Assembly: GCA_964016885.1 (NCBI GenBank)
Contig: OZ024748.1
Location: forward strand, 1,612,001 to 1,676,000
Direction: 5' to 3'
From: Eledone cirrhosa
Taxonomy: Eukaryota
Length of the DNA: 64,000 nucleotides
Under the pieces are notes generated by a model that did not search any database, was not told where the DNA came from, and saw only the letters and a list, made by a program, of their open reading frames with translations. The position numbers and the translations under genes were made by a program. Below are positions 41,679 through 54,397 of this stretch, one piece after another (position 1 is the stretch's first letter; every line of letters begins with the position of its first letter).

Positions 41679-43500
41679 TTCCCCCTCGTTATACATACAT
41701 AAAATGTGTGTTGTCACATGTTACCAAGTTTTATTTAGTCTACCCCTAACCCTTCCGCCTACTACCACTACATACCAATGTCTGTTGTCTTTCAACCTTA
41801 TCTCATACCAGGTGACCGAGCTGTAGGACTATCTGACAACAGGTCACAATTTCAAAATCACTGCAGATTTACATATTTTTAAAACAAGACCTATTTTTTT
41901 CTACACTGTTTCGTAAGGACTTAAGCTCTATAAACAGCGCCCTAGGTTATATATATATAATTACTCTTTTACCTGTTCCAACCATCCAGCTGAGGTACCG
42001 ATATATATATATGGGAGGGTCATGCTCTCAATAAAAACACACGTACCTGTTGGTGATATATATATATATATATATCGGTGCCCCAGCATGGCCTCAGCTG
42101 GATGGCTGGAACAGGTAAAAGAAAATTTATAATAAATTAAAGTGAAAACCAACAGGTGCGTGTATTTTTATTGACAGCATGACCCTTCTGGTTTTCACTT
42201 CAATTTATTATAAATTTCCAGTTGGTTGGTTGGTTCGATAACCGGATGGTTGATTATATATTTACAAAGCTCTTCTTTCGTCAAACACAAAGTATATATA
42301 TATAAATATATATTATGGTTAGGTTTACGGTAAGAATTGGATAACGAAGAAGCGACATTTAAAGGAGTAGAAACCGTTGTAGTGACAACAGAAGAGAGGG
42401 GAAAGGATATACCTGAACACATGAGAAAAGAAATAGTTGTTTTAGCCTCAAGTTTACGTTGGTTGAGCAAATCTATGATCAGTTACACTCAAAACAATCT
42501 CACTGTTCACTGTCTTTCACTGTGCCGGATTTAGGCAAGTTGTAGCAGTGTGAACTTCCGGCATTCTTGGTCTCCGGATCACCTCCCTACTCACTATCTG
42601 GTAGGAATTGGTCACCCGTAGGATGAGCCACGCGATACAATGCTTTCTCCATTCTGTCCACTGGAACCATGAGGTGTCCTGCACACCAGAGAGCGTTTCC
42701 TCACACCGCCCGGGGCCCCTACCACTTGGGGTAGCGATATTTGAGTACACTTTTGCGGTGGAAGCTAACTTAGGGCCTCAGAATAATTAGAATGTATATA
42801 TATGTTTTCAATTTTTTTGTGATTTTTCTAAAACACGGTGTCCTAAGCTCTATACAGCTTGGAGCCTCACCTAGTATAAGTCCAGCATTGACAAAGAGGA
42901 GTGATTTTAGGAAGGTTTAGTTGCTATTTCTAACCAGTCGAGCGACCACGTAAATTGTCCACTTGGAAACTGAAGAGTGGGGTAAATTACTAAGCAAGGG
43001 GCTTGTTTGTCAGGTTATATGACATTTTTATGTAATATAAAACGTTTGTTTTGTCTTTTTTTTTCGTTCCAGATAATTTAATAGTGTAAGTCAGAGTTGT
43101 GTTAGTTGTTAGTCTGAAATATTTTCCACTAAAAACTGGCGACTGAAAGTTTGTCAACATGGGCTCAGGCAAGAGTGAATATTGCTTTTGCTTCTAGGCA
43201 AGGACTCGACGAGCGGACCCTGTGACCAAATGCATTCCAGCCATGATCGTTTCAGCTTTTTCCCATGAACACAATCCAACGCACCTTGCTTTTTCTATGA
43301 CGGCAATGTGTAATTTGGAGGAGATTTGACTACTAATTCTAGCAAGTTGACCGACCACGACAACTGCCTTCATTGTGGTGGTTGTTTAGCACCAGGCCCG
43401 CCCTGGTGGAGCAGACATACAGCGAAATACATTTCAGTCGTGACCGTTTTACCTCCTATATTAGGAACCACACACTAGTTTTTGAGGGAGATTTGGTTAC

Positions 43501-43663
43501 TAGTGCCGGATTTACCATTGTGCTTAGGTGTGTTTAAGCACAGGGCCCCGTTGGTCAGGGGGAGCCCATCTTCATACCCAAAACTTTTACCTCCTTCGGG
43601 GCCCAAGTAAGGGGCCTCATAACTTAACTAGCACATGGCCTCATCTCTCCTAAATCCAACACT
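43501..43663. mobile_element. MITE with hAT-like TIRs
   Basis: TAGTGCCGGATTTA ... TAAATCCAACACTA; a related TIR (ctgtgccggattta) occurs at ~42520. No clean 8-bp TSD seen. Confidence 0.5.
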
Positions 43664-43780
43664 ATTCAGACCGCTGCATTAACAGATTTTAATATATATA
43701 TATATATATATATACTATCCGGACATGGTCGCATTCTTTCAGGGTATGTCAATATTTGTTTATAAAACTGATCTATATTA

Positions 43781-43845
43781 TATTTTATCTGATGAAAGCG
43801 CACCATAATTTGCTTTGGTGTCCTTGAAATATGTATAATGAAATA
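43781..43845 (+). ncRNA. Type I hammerhead ribozyme motif
   Basis: Stem I TATTTTAT/ATGAAATA (8 bp, one G-U), CTGATGA (43789-95), ~10-bp stem II AAGCGCACCA/TGGTGTCCTT, GAAA (43826-29), minimal stem III AT[ATGT]AT, AUA triplet with predicted cleavage after 43837. Confidence 0.75.
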
Positions 43846-45283
43846 AATATGGTTTTATAAATATAGTTTCCATTTGTTAATATATTGCATTTTTACTCCA
43901 AAAATTTGTTGAGTGCTTTATATCAGTTATAAAAATATTTGCTTGTTGTATCCCAACAAATTAAATATAACTTCTACATATATATATATATAGTTTGTTC
44001 TAACTTATGAATCGAGTGTATCCTCATTGCTATTATAAATGTGTTTCTAAATAGCTTTTTAATACCCCCGCCGTACCAGTTCACTCAGATTTCTTCCCAA
44101 CATATATAAAAGATAGTCTTGTATTCAACACAATTTATTGCATAACATTAACAACGTTGTTTTATGAATTTACCATCAGTAGTTTTTCTATTATACGAAA
44201 CAATTGATTATCTAATATTAACAGCCTTATATTAATCTAACATTAACAGCCTTTGTATATCAGTTTAACATTAGTAGCCTTAGAAACACCAGAATTTATT
44301 ACATTACATTAATAGTTTTGTATTATTAATTAAACAATAACACCCTTTAAAAAAAATCAACCTTAAGAGAAATAAATCTAGCGAAAACAGTATGTTTTAT
44401 AATAAATAATAATCACTAAGAATTTTTCAACCTAAAAATAATTTCCACCCAAATATTTCCTTTAGGATCCTGAAATTTCCGGGCGAAGTTACCCCGAGTT
44501 TAAGAATTGCTGAGTTACATAGAACAAGAAAGAGTTACTGTTAGAAGATTGAAGCGAAGTTAGTGAAGAACAAAATGCATTAAAGTTTACTAAAAATAAA
44601 CTTAACCAAACTACTTGGTCGTATAGAAGGAAAAGAAAAAAAAATTGACAAGACGTAGTAAGATGTCTTAAAATGTATAAAAAAAAGGAGAGAGAGAAAC
44701 CGAATACAATAAAAGTAATTTGTATTTGGCAGAAGGTATTATTAAGTTGTTAAAACTATGAAGAGAAATACGAAGTCTTAGTTATAATATTTTAAGAAAT
44801 AAACTTAACCTCTCACCTACTTCCATGCAATTTCAGAGCCTCTCCACTTAAAAAGAAGTTTAATAAACGGGCTAACTTATTTAGCTCTCTCTCTCTCTCT
44901 CCCCCTCTCACACCTTTACAGTTTTGTTACTTCGTCTTTTCCATCTCTCTTTCTCTCACCTTTTTCTTCCTACTTACTCTTACTTTCACGCACACACATA
45001 GACACACCCCCACACACACATATGTATAATCGCTTTGATATGTTATTACTTTTTTATCGTCACAAGTTCAGTATCTTTCACACACATTAAAACTTTTTTC
45101 TTTCTTTTTCACCTCATTCCTTCATCACACACACGTACACACAGCCATTCAAGCTTATTTATATACAGTCTTCTATATCCCCCCCCCCCTCTCTCCCCCA
45201 CACATACACATGTAACCAACCAGTCGAGATCAGCCCAGTTATATACATATATATTTATATATATTGTTTTATCTCTAAGTAAA

Positions 45284-45452
45284 ATGGACACATCTAAGTT
45301 AAATATGAAGATAGCCAAAGACTACTTCACCAGTAGTCAAAATATTGTTTTATTTCCTTCCAGAGACTTCGGCAAGCGGAAATTTATCAGTTTGGGCTCA
45401 GAAAAGCAACGTGTTCCATCAGCGAAGAACATCCCAAACAGCATGAGGTCTC
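45284..45452 (+). CDS. Candidate first coding exon of the CED-6/GULP1-like gene
   Basis: AAAATGG Kozak-like start, 56 codons MDTSKLNMKIAKDYF...NIPNSMRS, then a phase-1 donor C|GTAAGT that joins in frame (C+AG = Gln) to the exon at 58366. The peptide itself is not recognised. Confidence 0.55.
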
Positions 45453-46224
45453 GTAAGTAAACAAACCCTATCTATTGTAAAACTGCTAGTTTCTTTCTCT
45501 CAATCTCTACTTTCAACTTCTAACCTTTGCTCTCTTAAGCTTATGTCTCTTCATTGATTTTAATTCTACAACAAATGTTTAAAGATCTGCCAACATGTTT
45601 GAAAAACTGGACTTCGTACACTAGTTCGCCCTCAAATGGCGACAAACTTTCAATTTTTGAACGAGTGTATTATTTCTCTATATGTTTATTTTGCACCCGT
45701 AAATACAGAGGAACGGAATAAACCTCCGTCAGTTTCCACGATGAGTGTTCCAGTTGTTTGATCAGCCGAACAGCCTAGCCTGCTCGTGAAATTAACGTGT
45801 ACAACTTGTACAACTCAGTTTCTTCCAGCAGTCAACTGTAACAACATGAAAGTACAATGACAAAGTGCAAACGCGTCGCCAGGAATCGAACTCTCTACGT
45901 TATGATCACGAGTCGAAAACTCTAACCACTAAGCTACGCACCTTTCACATAAGTAAACATTTCTAGTCATTCGAGATTTTTACATTCCCTGAGGGGCAGA
46001 ATCGGGTTGCAGTTGCCTAAACTAAACCCGGTTTTGTCGCATATTTATTACGTTTCTCATTTCATGCAACTTGTGGTTTTAACGACTGGTTAGTTTGACG
46101 GAGGCGATGACAATGGGAGTTCGGCTCCTCTGCGTTCGGGCCTGGTGTATCTTTACTTCTATTAATTCCATTACATTTCAGTTTTTCATTCTGTCCGCTA
46201 CCTGCCTGTCTGTGTGTATATGTG

Positions 46225-46360
46225 CGTGGGTGCATGCATGTGTTTCTGTGTTTGCAGCTGTGCATGTGCGTGGGTGCATGCATGCATGTGTTTCTGTGTT
46301 TGCAGCTGTGCATGTGCGTGGGTGCATGCATGCATGTGTTTCTGTGTTTGCAGCTGTCTC
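46225..46360. repeat. 48-bp tandem repeat x3
   Basis: gtgcgtgggtgcatgcatgcatgtgtttctgtgtttgcagctgtgcat. Confidence 0.85.
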
Positions 46361-46871
46361 TCTCCGTGTATGTATACATCTAGGTGTGTGAATGTATTTA
46401 TCTTTGCTTGGGTATGTATTCGTGTACATGCACATGTGAATACGTATGTTTGCATCGACGTCTCTCTACGTATGTATACGCACCTGTATAATTGTACCTG
46501 TATGTGCAAATGCATTATATATATATATTCCATCATTCAGCTAACAGAAGTTTGATGAGCTTTTGATTCCGCCCGATTGATACAGATCGAACCTTGAACT
46601 GATCAATCGCGAAATGCGCGTCACACCTGAATAAACGTAATGAAAATTTAACTCCTCGTCCATGCTTATTATTATTATCCAAGGTTAGCTTTGCCTTTCA
46701 TCCTTACAGGGTCGATAAATAAAGTACCAGTAATTCACTGGTGTCGATTTAATCGACTTTCCCATCCCCTTCAAATTGCTGGCCTTGTGCCTCTACTAGA
46801 AAGTTATTATTATTATCATATATATATATATCATCACCGTTTAGTGTGTATATATGCATGTTATATATATA

Positions 46872-46919
<48 letters not shown>

Positions 46920-47344
46920 TAAAAACAGAAATAACAACACAATCGGTACTTTATATGGAAGGAATATATTAGTTTAACACTTGGAATAGCAGGGAGAGTG
47001 TCTTAACGTTTCGAACGATACGTATAAACACACACATATATACATATCGGTGTATTCATCCATTTAAGTTTGCATGTCATGGCTTGGCTTTCTGCATGAA
47101 GATTTATGAAAGATGCAGACATCAGACATTCTGCTGGCCAACGAAACCAATACGGAAGAGGAATCGCAAGCCACAGTAGCTACAAAGGGTAATTCGGTTC
47201 CGATTCAGTGCTAGGTCACTGTTCTTCTTCTTCTATGTTCCATTGTCTTCAAGTTCAGCCCTGCATACATTCTTGAAGGAGATAGATTGGTGAATGGTGT
47301 GTCACCAGACGTTGTAATTGAAGGTTTATATATAGTAGGCCAGG

Positions 47345-47500
47345 AGATGAATTGGTAGAGTTGTTAGAACGTCTGATGGAAATGTTTTGTGGTATTTGTT
47401 CCAGCTTTCTGCTCTCTGAGTTCAAATCCCCGCCGAGGTCAACTTTGCCTTTTATCTTTTCGAGGTCGATAAAAAAGTACCAATCTAGTTAGTACTGGAG
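47345..47500 (+). mobile_element. tRNA-derived SINE
   Basis: B-box and central domain of the major family. Confidence 0.7.
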
Positions 47501-47895
47501 GCGATTCTTCCTCTATATGTCTTCATTTCCTTTCTGCGTGTATGTGGGGAGAGAGAGATGTGTGTGTAGGGGGAGAGATAGTTTGTAAGCCAAGCCAAGT
47601 AAAGTTACCTGACCAGTTTGGGAGGGTTGTACTATTAATAAGGGTCTGACCTAAGTGACATAAAATGAAAATTTTTATGTATGAGATTTTGAGGAATTCA
47701 GCAATCAGACCGGTAGCAAGATGTTTGAATAACCTCCATAACCTTGGTTGATCTCACTTGGGGATTCTAGCCTGATAATTTGTAAATGGTTGCTTCCTTT
47801 GGGATCCTATGGATAACATGTGTAAGGACTCTGCCCCCATGACCCTCTCAGGAATAAGTGAGCAAAGAAGAAGAAACAGGAATCTTATTAGTGGA

Positions 47896-48197
47896 AGGCT
47901 AGCAATCTTTAGCAAATATGAAACATTTATGAGTAGGTACAAACATACATATATAATATATACAGGGTGTCCCCAAAAATATATACACACTTCAGTAGCA
48001 TTGTAATCATGGGTGTGTGTATAATATAATGAAATATAATGAAATTATTGTGAACAGTGCTGTATTATATACACACACCCATGATTACAATGCTACTGAA
48101 GTGTGTATACATTTTTGGGGACACCCTGTATATATTATATATGTATGTTTGTGTACCTATTCATAAATGTTTCATATTTGTTAAAGATTGCTAGCCT
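47896..48197. repeat. Long near-perfect inverted repeat (~128-bp arms, ~45-bp spacer)
   Basis: aggctagcaatcttt...gggtgtgtgtata is mirrored by tatacacacaccc...aaagattgctagcct. Confidence 0.93.
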
Positions 48198-48517
48198 ACA
48201 TGTGTATATATATACACTCACACATTTATTGATATTACTGAGATCGCTGTCTGTTGCTACTCTGATCAGCAGCCATCCTTGAAACTCAGAGTAGCAACAG
48301 AGAATGATCCCAGTAATATTATATATATACATATATATAAGTTTATCCCGGGTTCAATCGGGGGTAACCACAGTAAGTAAGGTACTCAATACAAAGCAGA
48401 GTATAAATATTTGATATAGAAAAGGCTTCTACAGGACTAGAACTGTTTCATTCGGGAAGCCTGATGATTTCTCCCAAATCAAACAGTTCTAGTCCTGTAG
48501 AAGCCTTTTCTATTTCG

Positions 48518-48554
<37 letters not shown>

Positions 48555-49699
48555 ATAATTAAGGATTTCATGTCTGAGAACCATGAGCCATACCACCTGT
48601 AGAATAAGCTCAAAGGTTCTAAGGGATAAATCTGAGCATTTATTAGCATTAAATTAAAAATTGATTGATATATATATATATAAAATAAACACATCAAACA
48701 ATTACAGGAGATAATTTGTAAAGAGTGTAAACACATAGTTATGGAGGTAACATATTAAAAATTAACAAGTACCTTGCAATAATGAGGTTCTCATTAATTT
48801 TTAATGTTACCTACATAACTATGTGTGTTTACACTCTTTACAAATTATCCCCTGTAATTGTTTGATGTGTATATATATATATATATATATAATGGGCTTT
48901 ATAGAAAATTTAGGAAACTCAGACAGAAAATAGCTTAGAAAATTGGATAAAGACACCTTATAGATGGAAAAAAGTGGCCAGTGGTTGGGTTTCTATGGCT
49001 GGATGCCCTTCCTAACACCAATAACTTCACAGCATGTACTGGGGGCATGTTTTTTATGGCTGGATGCCTTTCCTAACACCAACCACTATGCATGATGTAC
49101 TGGAAGTATGGTTTCTATTGCTGGATGCCCTTCTTAATACCGACCACTTTACAGCATCTACTGGGAGCATTTTATCATGTCCCCAGCATTAACAGCATAC
49201 AGGCTGAACTGTGTGGTTTGCTTCATTGTGCCAGCACTGTCACCTACGTGGGTGACATACTTGTGTATGTGTGTGTGTTGTGCAGGAAAGCAAAATCTGA
49301 AGAAAAGAAACACCAATGAGAGAAGTTAGCCAACAACTTACATAGGAGCTATATACAATATCATATGTATTATTAATAATATAATATATATTGTTATAGT
49401 ATATATTGTTATAGTATATATTGTTATTTATATAAAAAGTACTAACTCCACCTGGTAACAGCTTCTCTGATATAATTATTTCTCAGTAACATAGTTATGT
49501 ATAAATATGTGTATATGGCTATGTACATATGTGTGTATATATACGTATATGTATGTGTGTATGTATATAGTATTTAAGTATTTATATTTTTGTATGTATA
49601 TATATATTTATATATATGTACATCTATATGTGTGTATATGTATGCATATATATATGCTTATGTTTGTATTATATGTATGTGTGTATATTTGTATGTATG

Positions 49700-49926
49700 T
49701 AGGTTGTCATGTAAGAACTTCCAAATGCCCTCTGTCACATGTGGCTAACTTGTCTTCCCTCTCATCATATGCATCACATAGAGCTTCCCGAACCTGTACT
49801 TAACAGAAGGGCCCTTTAGCTTCCAAACTCTCCTTCCCCAGAGCTTCTCTTTTGTCCTTGTACTTATTCTGATTGGTATGTGATCAGGTGACATGCCACT
49901 TTCCTGAAGTTAGTGTTGCAAATCAA
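49700..49926 (-). mobile_element. RTE LINE fragment (end of AP endonuclease and linker)
   Basis: Minus translation LICNTNFRKVACHLITYQS, then RRVWKLK. Confidence 0.7.
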
Positions 49927-50004
49927 CTTCAAATTCTACATAAATAATGTGCTAAAATATATACATATATATTAGGTCTGAACACAATGGAATCAAATTC
50001 CCAT

Positions 50005-53000
50005 TGTCACTGCTTCTGTCTCGCTGTCTCCTCAGTGTCACTGCCTCCATCTCACTGTCTCTCCAGTGTCACTGCCTCCATCTCACTGTCTCCCCAGTGT
50101 CACTGCCTCCATCTCACTGTCTCTCCAGTGTCACTGCCTCCATCTCACTGTCTCCCCAGTGTCACTGCCTCCATCTCACTGTCTCTCCAGTGTCACTGCC
50201 TCCATCTCACTGTCTCCCCAGTGTCACTGCCTCCATCTCGCTGTCTCCTCAGTGTCACTGCCTCCACCTCGCTGTCTCCCCAGTGTCACTGCCTCCATCT
50301 CACTGTCTCTCCAGTGTCACTGCCTCCATCTCACTGTCTCCCCAGTGTCACTGCCTCTCCAGTGTCACTGCCTCCATCTCACTGTCTCTCCAGTGTCACT
50401 GCCTCCATCTCACTGTCTCCCCAGTGTCACTGCCTCCATCTCACTGTCTCCCCAGTGTCACTGCCTCCACCTCACTGTCTCCCCAGTGTCACTGCCTCCA
50501 TCTCACTGTCTCTCCAGTGTCACTGCCTCCATCTCACTGTCTCTCCAGTGTCACTGCCTCCATCTCACTGTCTCCCCAGTGTCACTGCCTCCATCTCGCT
50601 GTCTCCTCAGTGTCACTGCCTCCACCTCGCTGTCTCCCCAGTGTCACTGCCTCCATCTCACTGTCTCTCCAGTGTCACTGCCTCCATCTCACTGTCTCCC
50701 CAGTGTCACTGCCTCCATCTCACTGTCTCTCCAGTGTCACTGCCTCCATCTCACTGTCTCTCCAGTGTCACTGCCTCCATCTCACTGTCTCCCCAGTGTC
50801 ACTGCCTCCATCTCACTGTCTCCTCAGTGTCACTGCCTCCACCTCGCTGTCTCCCCAGTGTCACTGCCTCCATCTCACTGTCTCTCCAGTGTCACTGCCT
50901 CCATCTCACTGTCTCCCCAGTGTCACTGCCTCCATCTCGCTGTCTCCTCAGTGTCACTGCCTCCAGCTCGCTGTCTCCCCAGTGTCACTGCCTCCATCTC
51001 ACTGTCTCCCCAGTGTCACTGCCTCCATCTCACTGTCTCTCCAGTGTCACTGCCTCCATCTCACTGTCTCTCCAGTGTCACTGCCTCCATCTCACTGTCT
51101 CCCCAGTGTCACTGCCTCCATCTCACTGTCTCTCCAGTGTCACTGCCTCCATCTCGCTGTCTCTCCAGTGTCACTGCCTCCATCTCACTGTCTCTCCAGT
51201 GTCACTGCCTCCATCTCACTGTCTCTCCAGTGTCACTGCCTCCATCTCACTGTCTCCCCAGTGTCACTGCCTCCATCTCACTGTCTCCCCAGTGTCACTG
51301 CCTCCATCTCACTGTCTCTCCAGTGTCACTGCCTCCACCTCGCTGTCTCCCCAGTGTCACTGCCTCCACCTCGCTGTCTCCCCAGTGTCACTGCCTCCAT
51401 CTCACTGTCTCTCCAGTGTCACTGCTTCTGTCTCGCTGTCTCCCCAGTGTCACTGCCTCCACCTCGCTGTCTCCCCAGTGTCACTGCCTCCATCTCACTG
51501 TCTCTCCAGTGTCACTGCCTCCACCTCACTGTCTCCCCAGTGTCACTGCCTCCATCTCACTGTCTCTCCAGTGTCACTGCCTCCATCTCACTGTCTCTCC
51601 AGTGTCACTGCCTCCACCTCGCTGTCTCCCCAGTGTCACTGCCTCCACCTCGCTGTCTCCCCAGTGTCACTGCCTCCACCTCGCTGTCTCCCCAGTGTCA
51701 CTGCCTCCACCTCACTCTCTCTCCAGTGTCACTGCCTCCATCTCACTGTCTCTCCAGTGTCACTGCCTCCATCTCACTGTCTCCCCAGTGTCACTGCCTC
51801 CATCTCACTGTCTCCTCATTGTCACTGCCTCCATCTCACTGTCTCTCCAGTGTCACTGCCTCCACCTCGCTGTCTCCCCAGTGTCACTGCCTCCACCTCA
51901 CTGTCTCTCCAGTGTCACTGCCTCCATCTCACTGTCTCCCCAGTGTCACTGCCTCCATCTCACTGTCTCCTCATTGTCACTGCCTCCATCTCACTGTCTC
52001 TCCAGTGTCACTGCCTCCACCTCGCTGTCTCCTCATTGTCCCTGCCTCCATCTCACTGTCTCTCCAGTGTCACTGCCTCCATCTCACTGTCTCCCCAGTG
52101 TCACTGCCTCCATCTCACTGTCTCCTCATTGTCACTGCCTCCATCTCACTGTCTCCCCAGTGTCACTGCCTCCACCTCGCTGTCTCCTCATTGTCACTGC
52201 CTCCATCTCACTGTCTCCCCAGTGTCACTGCCTCCACCTCGCTGTCTCCTCATTGTCACTGCCTCCATCTCACTGTCTCTCCAGTGTCACTGCCTCCACC
52301 TCGCTGTCTCCTCATTGTCACTGCCTCCATCTCACTGTCTCCCCAGTGTCACTGCCTCCATCTCACTGTCTCCCCAGTGTCACTGCCTCCATCTCACTGT
52401 CTCTCCAGTGTCACTGCCTCCATCTCACTGTCTCCCCAGTGTCACTGCCTCCATCTCACTGTCTCCCCAGTGTCACTGCCTCCACCTCGCTGTCTCCTCA
52501 TTGACACTGCCTCCACCTCGCTGTCTCCTCATTGTCACTGCCTCCATCTCACTGTCTCCCCAGTGTCACTGCCTCCATCTCACTGTCTCTCCAGTGTCAC
52601 TGCCTCCATCTCACTGTCTCTCCAGTGTCACTGCCTCCACCTCGCTGTCTCCCCAGTGTCACTGCCTCCACCTCGCTGTCTCCCCAGTGTCACTGCCTCC
52701 ACCTCACTGTCTCTCCAGTGTCACTGCCTCCATCTCACTGTCTCCCCAGTGTCACTGCCTCCATCTCACTGTCTCCCCAGTGTCACTGCCTCCACCTCGC
52801 TGTCTCCTCATTGACACTGCCTCCACCTCGCTGTCTCCTCATTGTCACTGCCTCCATCTCACTGTCTCCCCAGTGTCACTGCCTCCATCTCACTGTCTCC
52901 CCAGTGTCACTGCCTCCATCTCACTGTCTCCCCAGTGTCACTGCCTCCACCTCACTGTCTCTCCAGTGTCACTGCCTCCATCTCACTGTCTCCCCAGTGT

Positions 53001-54372
53001 CACTGCCTCCATCTCACTGTCTCTCCAATGTCACTGCCTCCACCTCACTGTCTCTCCAGTGTCACTGCCTCCACCTCACTGTCTCTCCAGTGTCACTGCC
53101 TCCACCTCGCTGTCTCCCCAGTGTCACTGCCTCCACCTCACTGTCTCCCCAGTGTCACTGCCTCCACCTCGCTGTCTCCTCAGTGACATGGCCTCCACCT
53201 CACTGTCTCCCCAGTGTCCCTGCCTCCACCTCACTGTCTCTCCAGTGTCACTGCCTCCATCTCGCTGTCTCCCCAGTGTCCCTGCCTCCACCTCACTGTC
53301 TCTCCAGTGTCACTGCCTCCATCTCGCTGTCTCCCCAGTGTCACTGCCTCCATCTCGCTGTCTCCTCAGTGACATGGCCTCCACCTCGCTGTCTCCCCAG
53401 TGTCACTGCCTCCACCTCACTGTCTCTCCAGTGTCACTGCCTCCACCTCACTGTCTCTCCAGTGTCACTGCCTCCATCTCACTGTCTCTCCAGTGTCACT
53501 GCCTCCACCTCGCTGTCTCCTCATTGACACTGCCTCCACCTCGCTGTCTCCCCAGTGTCACTGCCTCCACCTCGCTGTCTCCTCATTGACACTGCCTCCA
53601 CCTCGCTGTCTCCTCATTGTCACTGCCTCCATCTCGCTGTCTCCTCATTGTCCCTGCCTCCACCTCGCTGTCTCCTCATTGTCCCTGCCTCCATCTCGCT
53701 GTCTCCTCATTGTCCCTGCCTCCACCTCGCTGTCTCCTCATTGTCCCTGCCTCCACCTCGCTGTCTCCTCATTGTCCCTGCCTCCATCTCGCTGTCTCCT
53801 CATTGTCCCTGCCTCCACCTCGCTGTCTCTCCAGTGTCACTGCCTCCACCTCACTGTCTCTCCAGTGTCACTGCCTCCACCTCACTGTCTCCCCAGTGTC
53901 ACTGCCTCCATCTCGCTGTCTCCCCAGTGTCACTGCCTCCACCTCGCTGTCTCCTCATTGTCCCTGCCTCCACCTCGCTGTCTCCTCATTGTCCCTGCCT
54001 CCATCTCGCTGTCTCCTCATTGTCCCTGCCTCCACCTCGCTGTCTCCTCAGTGACATGGCCTCCACCTCGCTGTCTCCCCATTGTCACGGCCTCCACCTC
54101 ACTGTCTCCCCAGTGTCACTGCCTCCATCTCGCTGTCTCCCCAGTGTCACTGCCTCCACCTCGCTGTCTCCTCATTGTCCCTGCCTCCACCTCGCTGTCT
54201 CCTCATTGTCCCTGCCTCCATCTCGCTGTCTCCTCATTGTCCCTGCCTCCACCTCGCTGTCTCCTCAGTGACATGGCCTCCACCTCGCTGTCTCCCCATT
54301 GTCACTGCCTCCACCTCGCTGTCTCCTCAGTGACATGGCCTCCACCTCGCTGTCTCCCCATTGTCACGGCCT
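50005..54372. repeat. 31-bp minisatellite cagtgtcactgcctccatctcactgtctccc, ~140 copies
   Basis: Direct inspection; explains the 800-1200 aa ORFs in all three + frames. Confidence 0.97.
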
Positions 54373-54397
54373 CTGTCTTTCTCATCCTCCCCATCTG

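Noticed and set aside
46550-46625. Hammerhead-like TTGATGA ... GAAATGCGCGTC
   Set aside because: Core lacks C3, the stem is not adjacent to the core and no stem I is evident.
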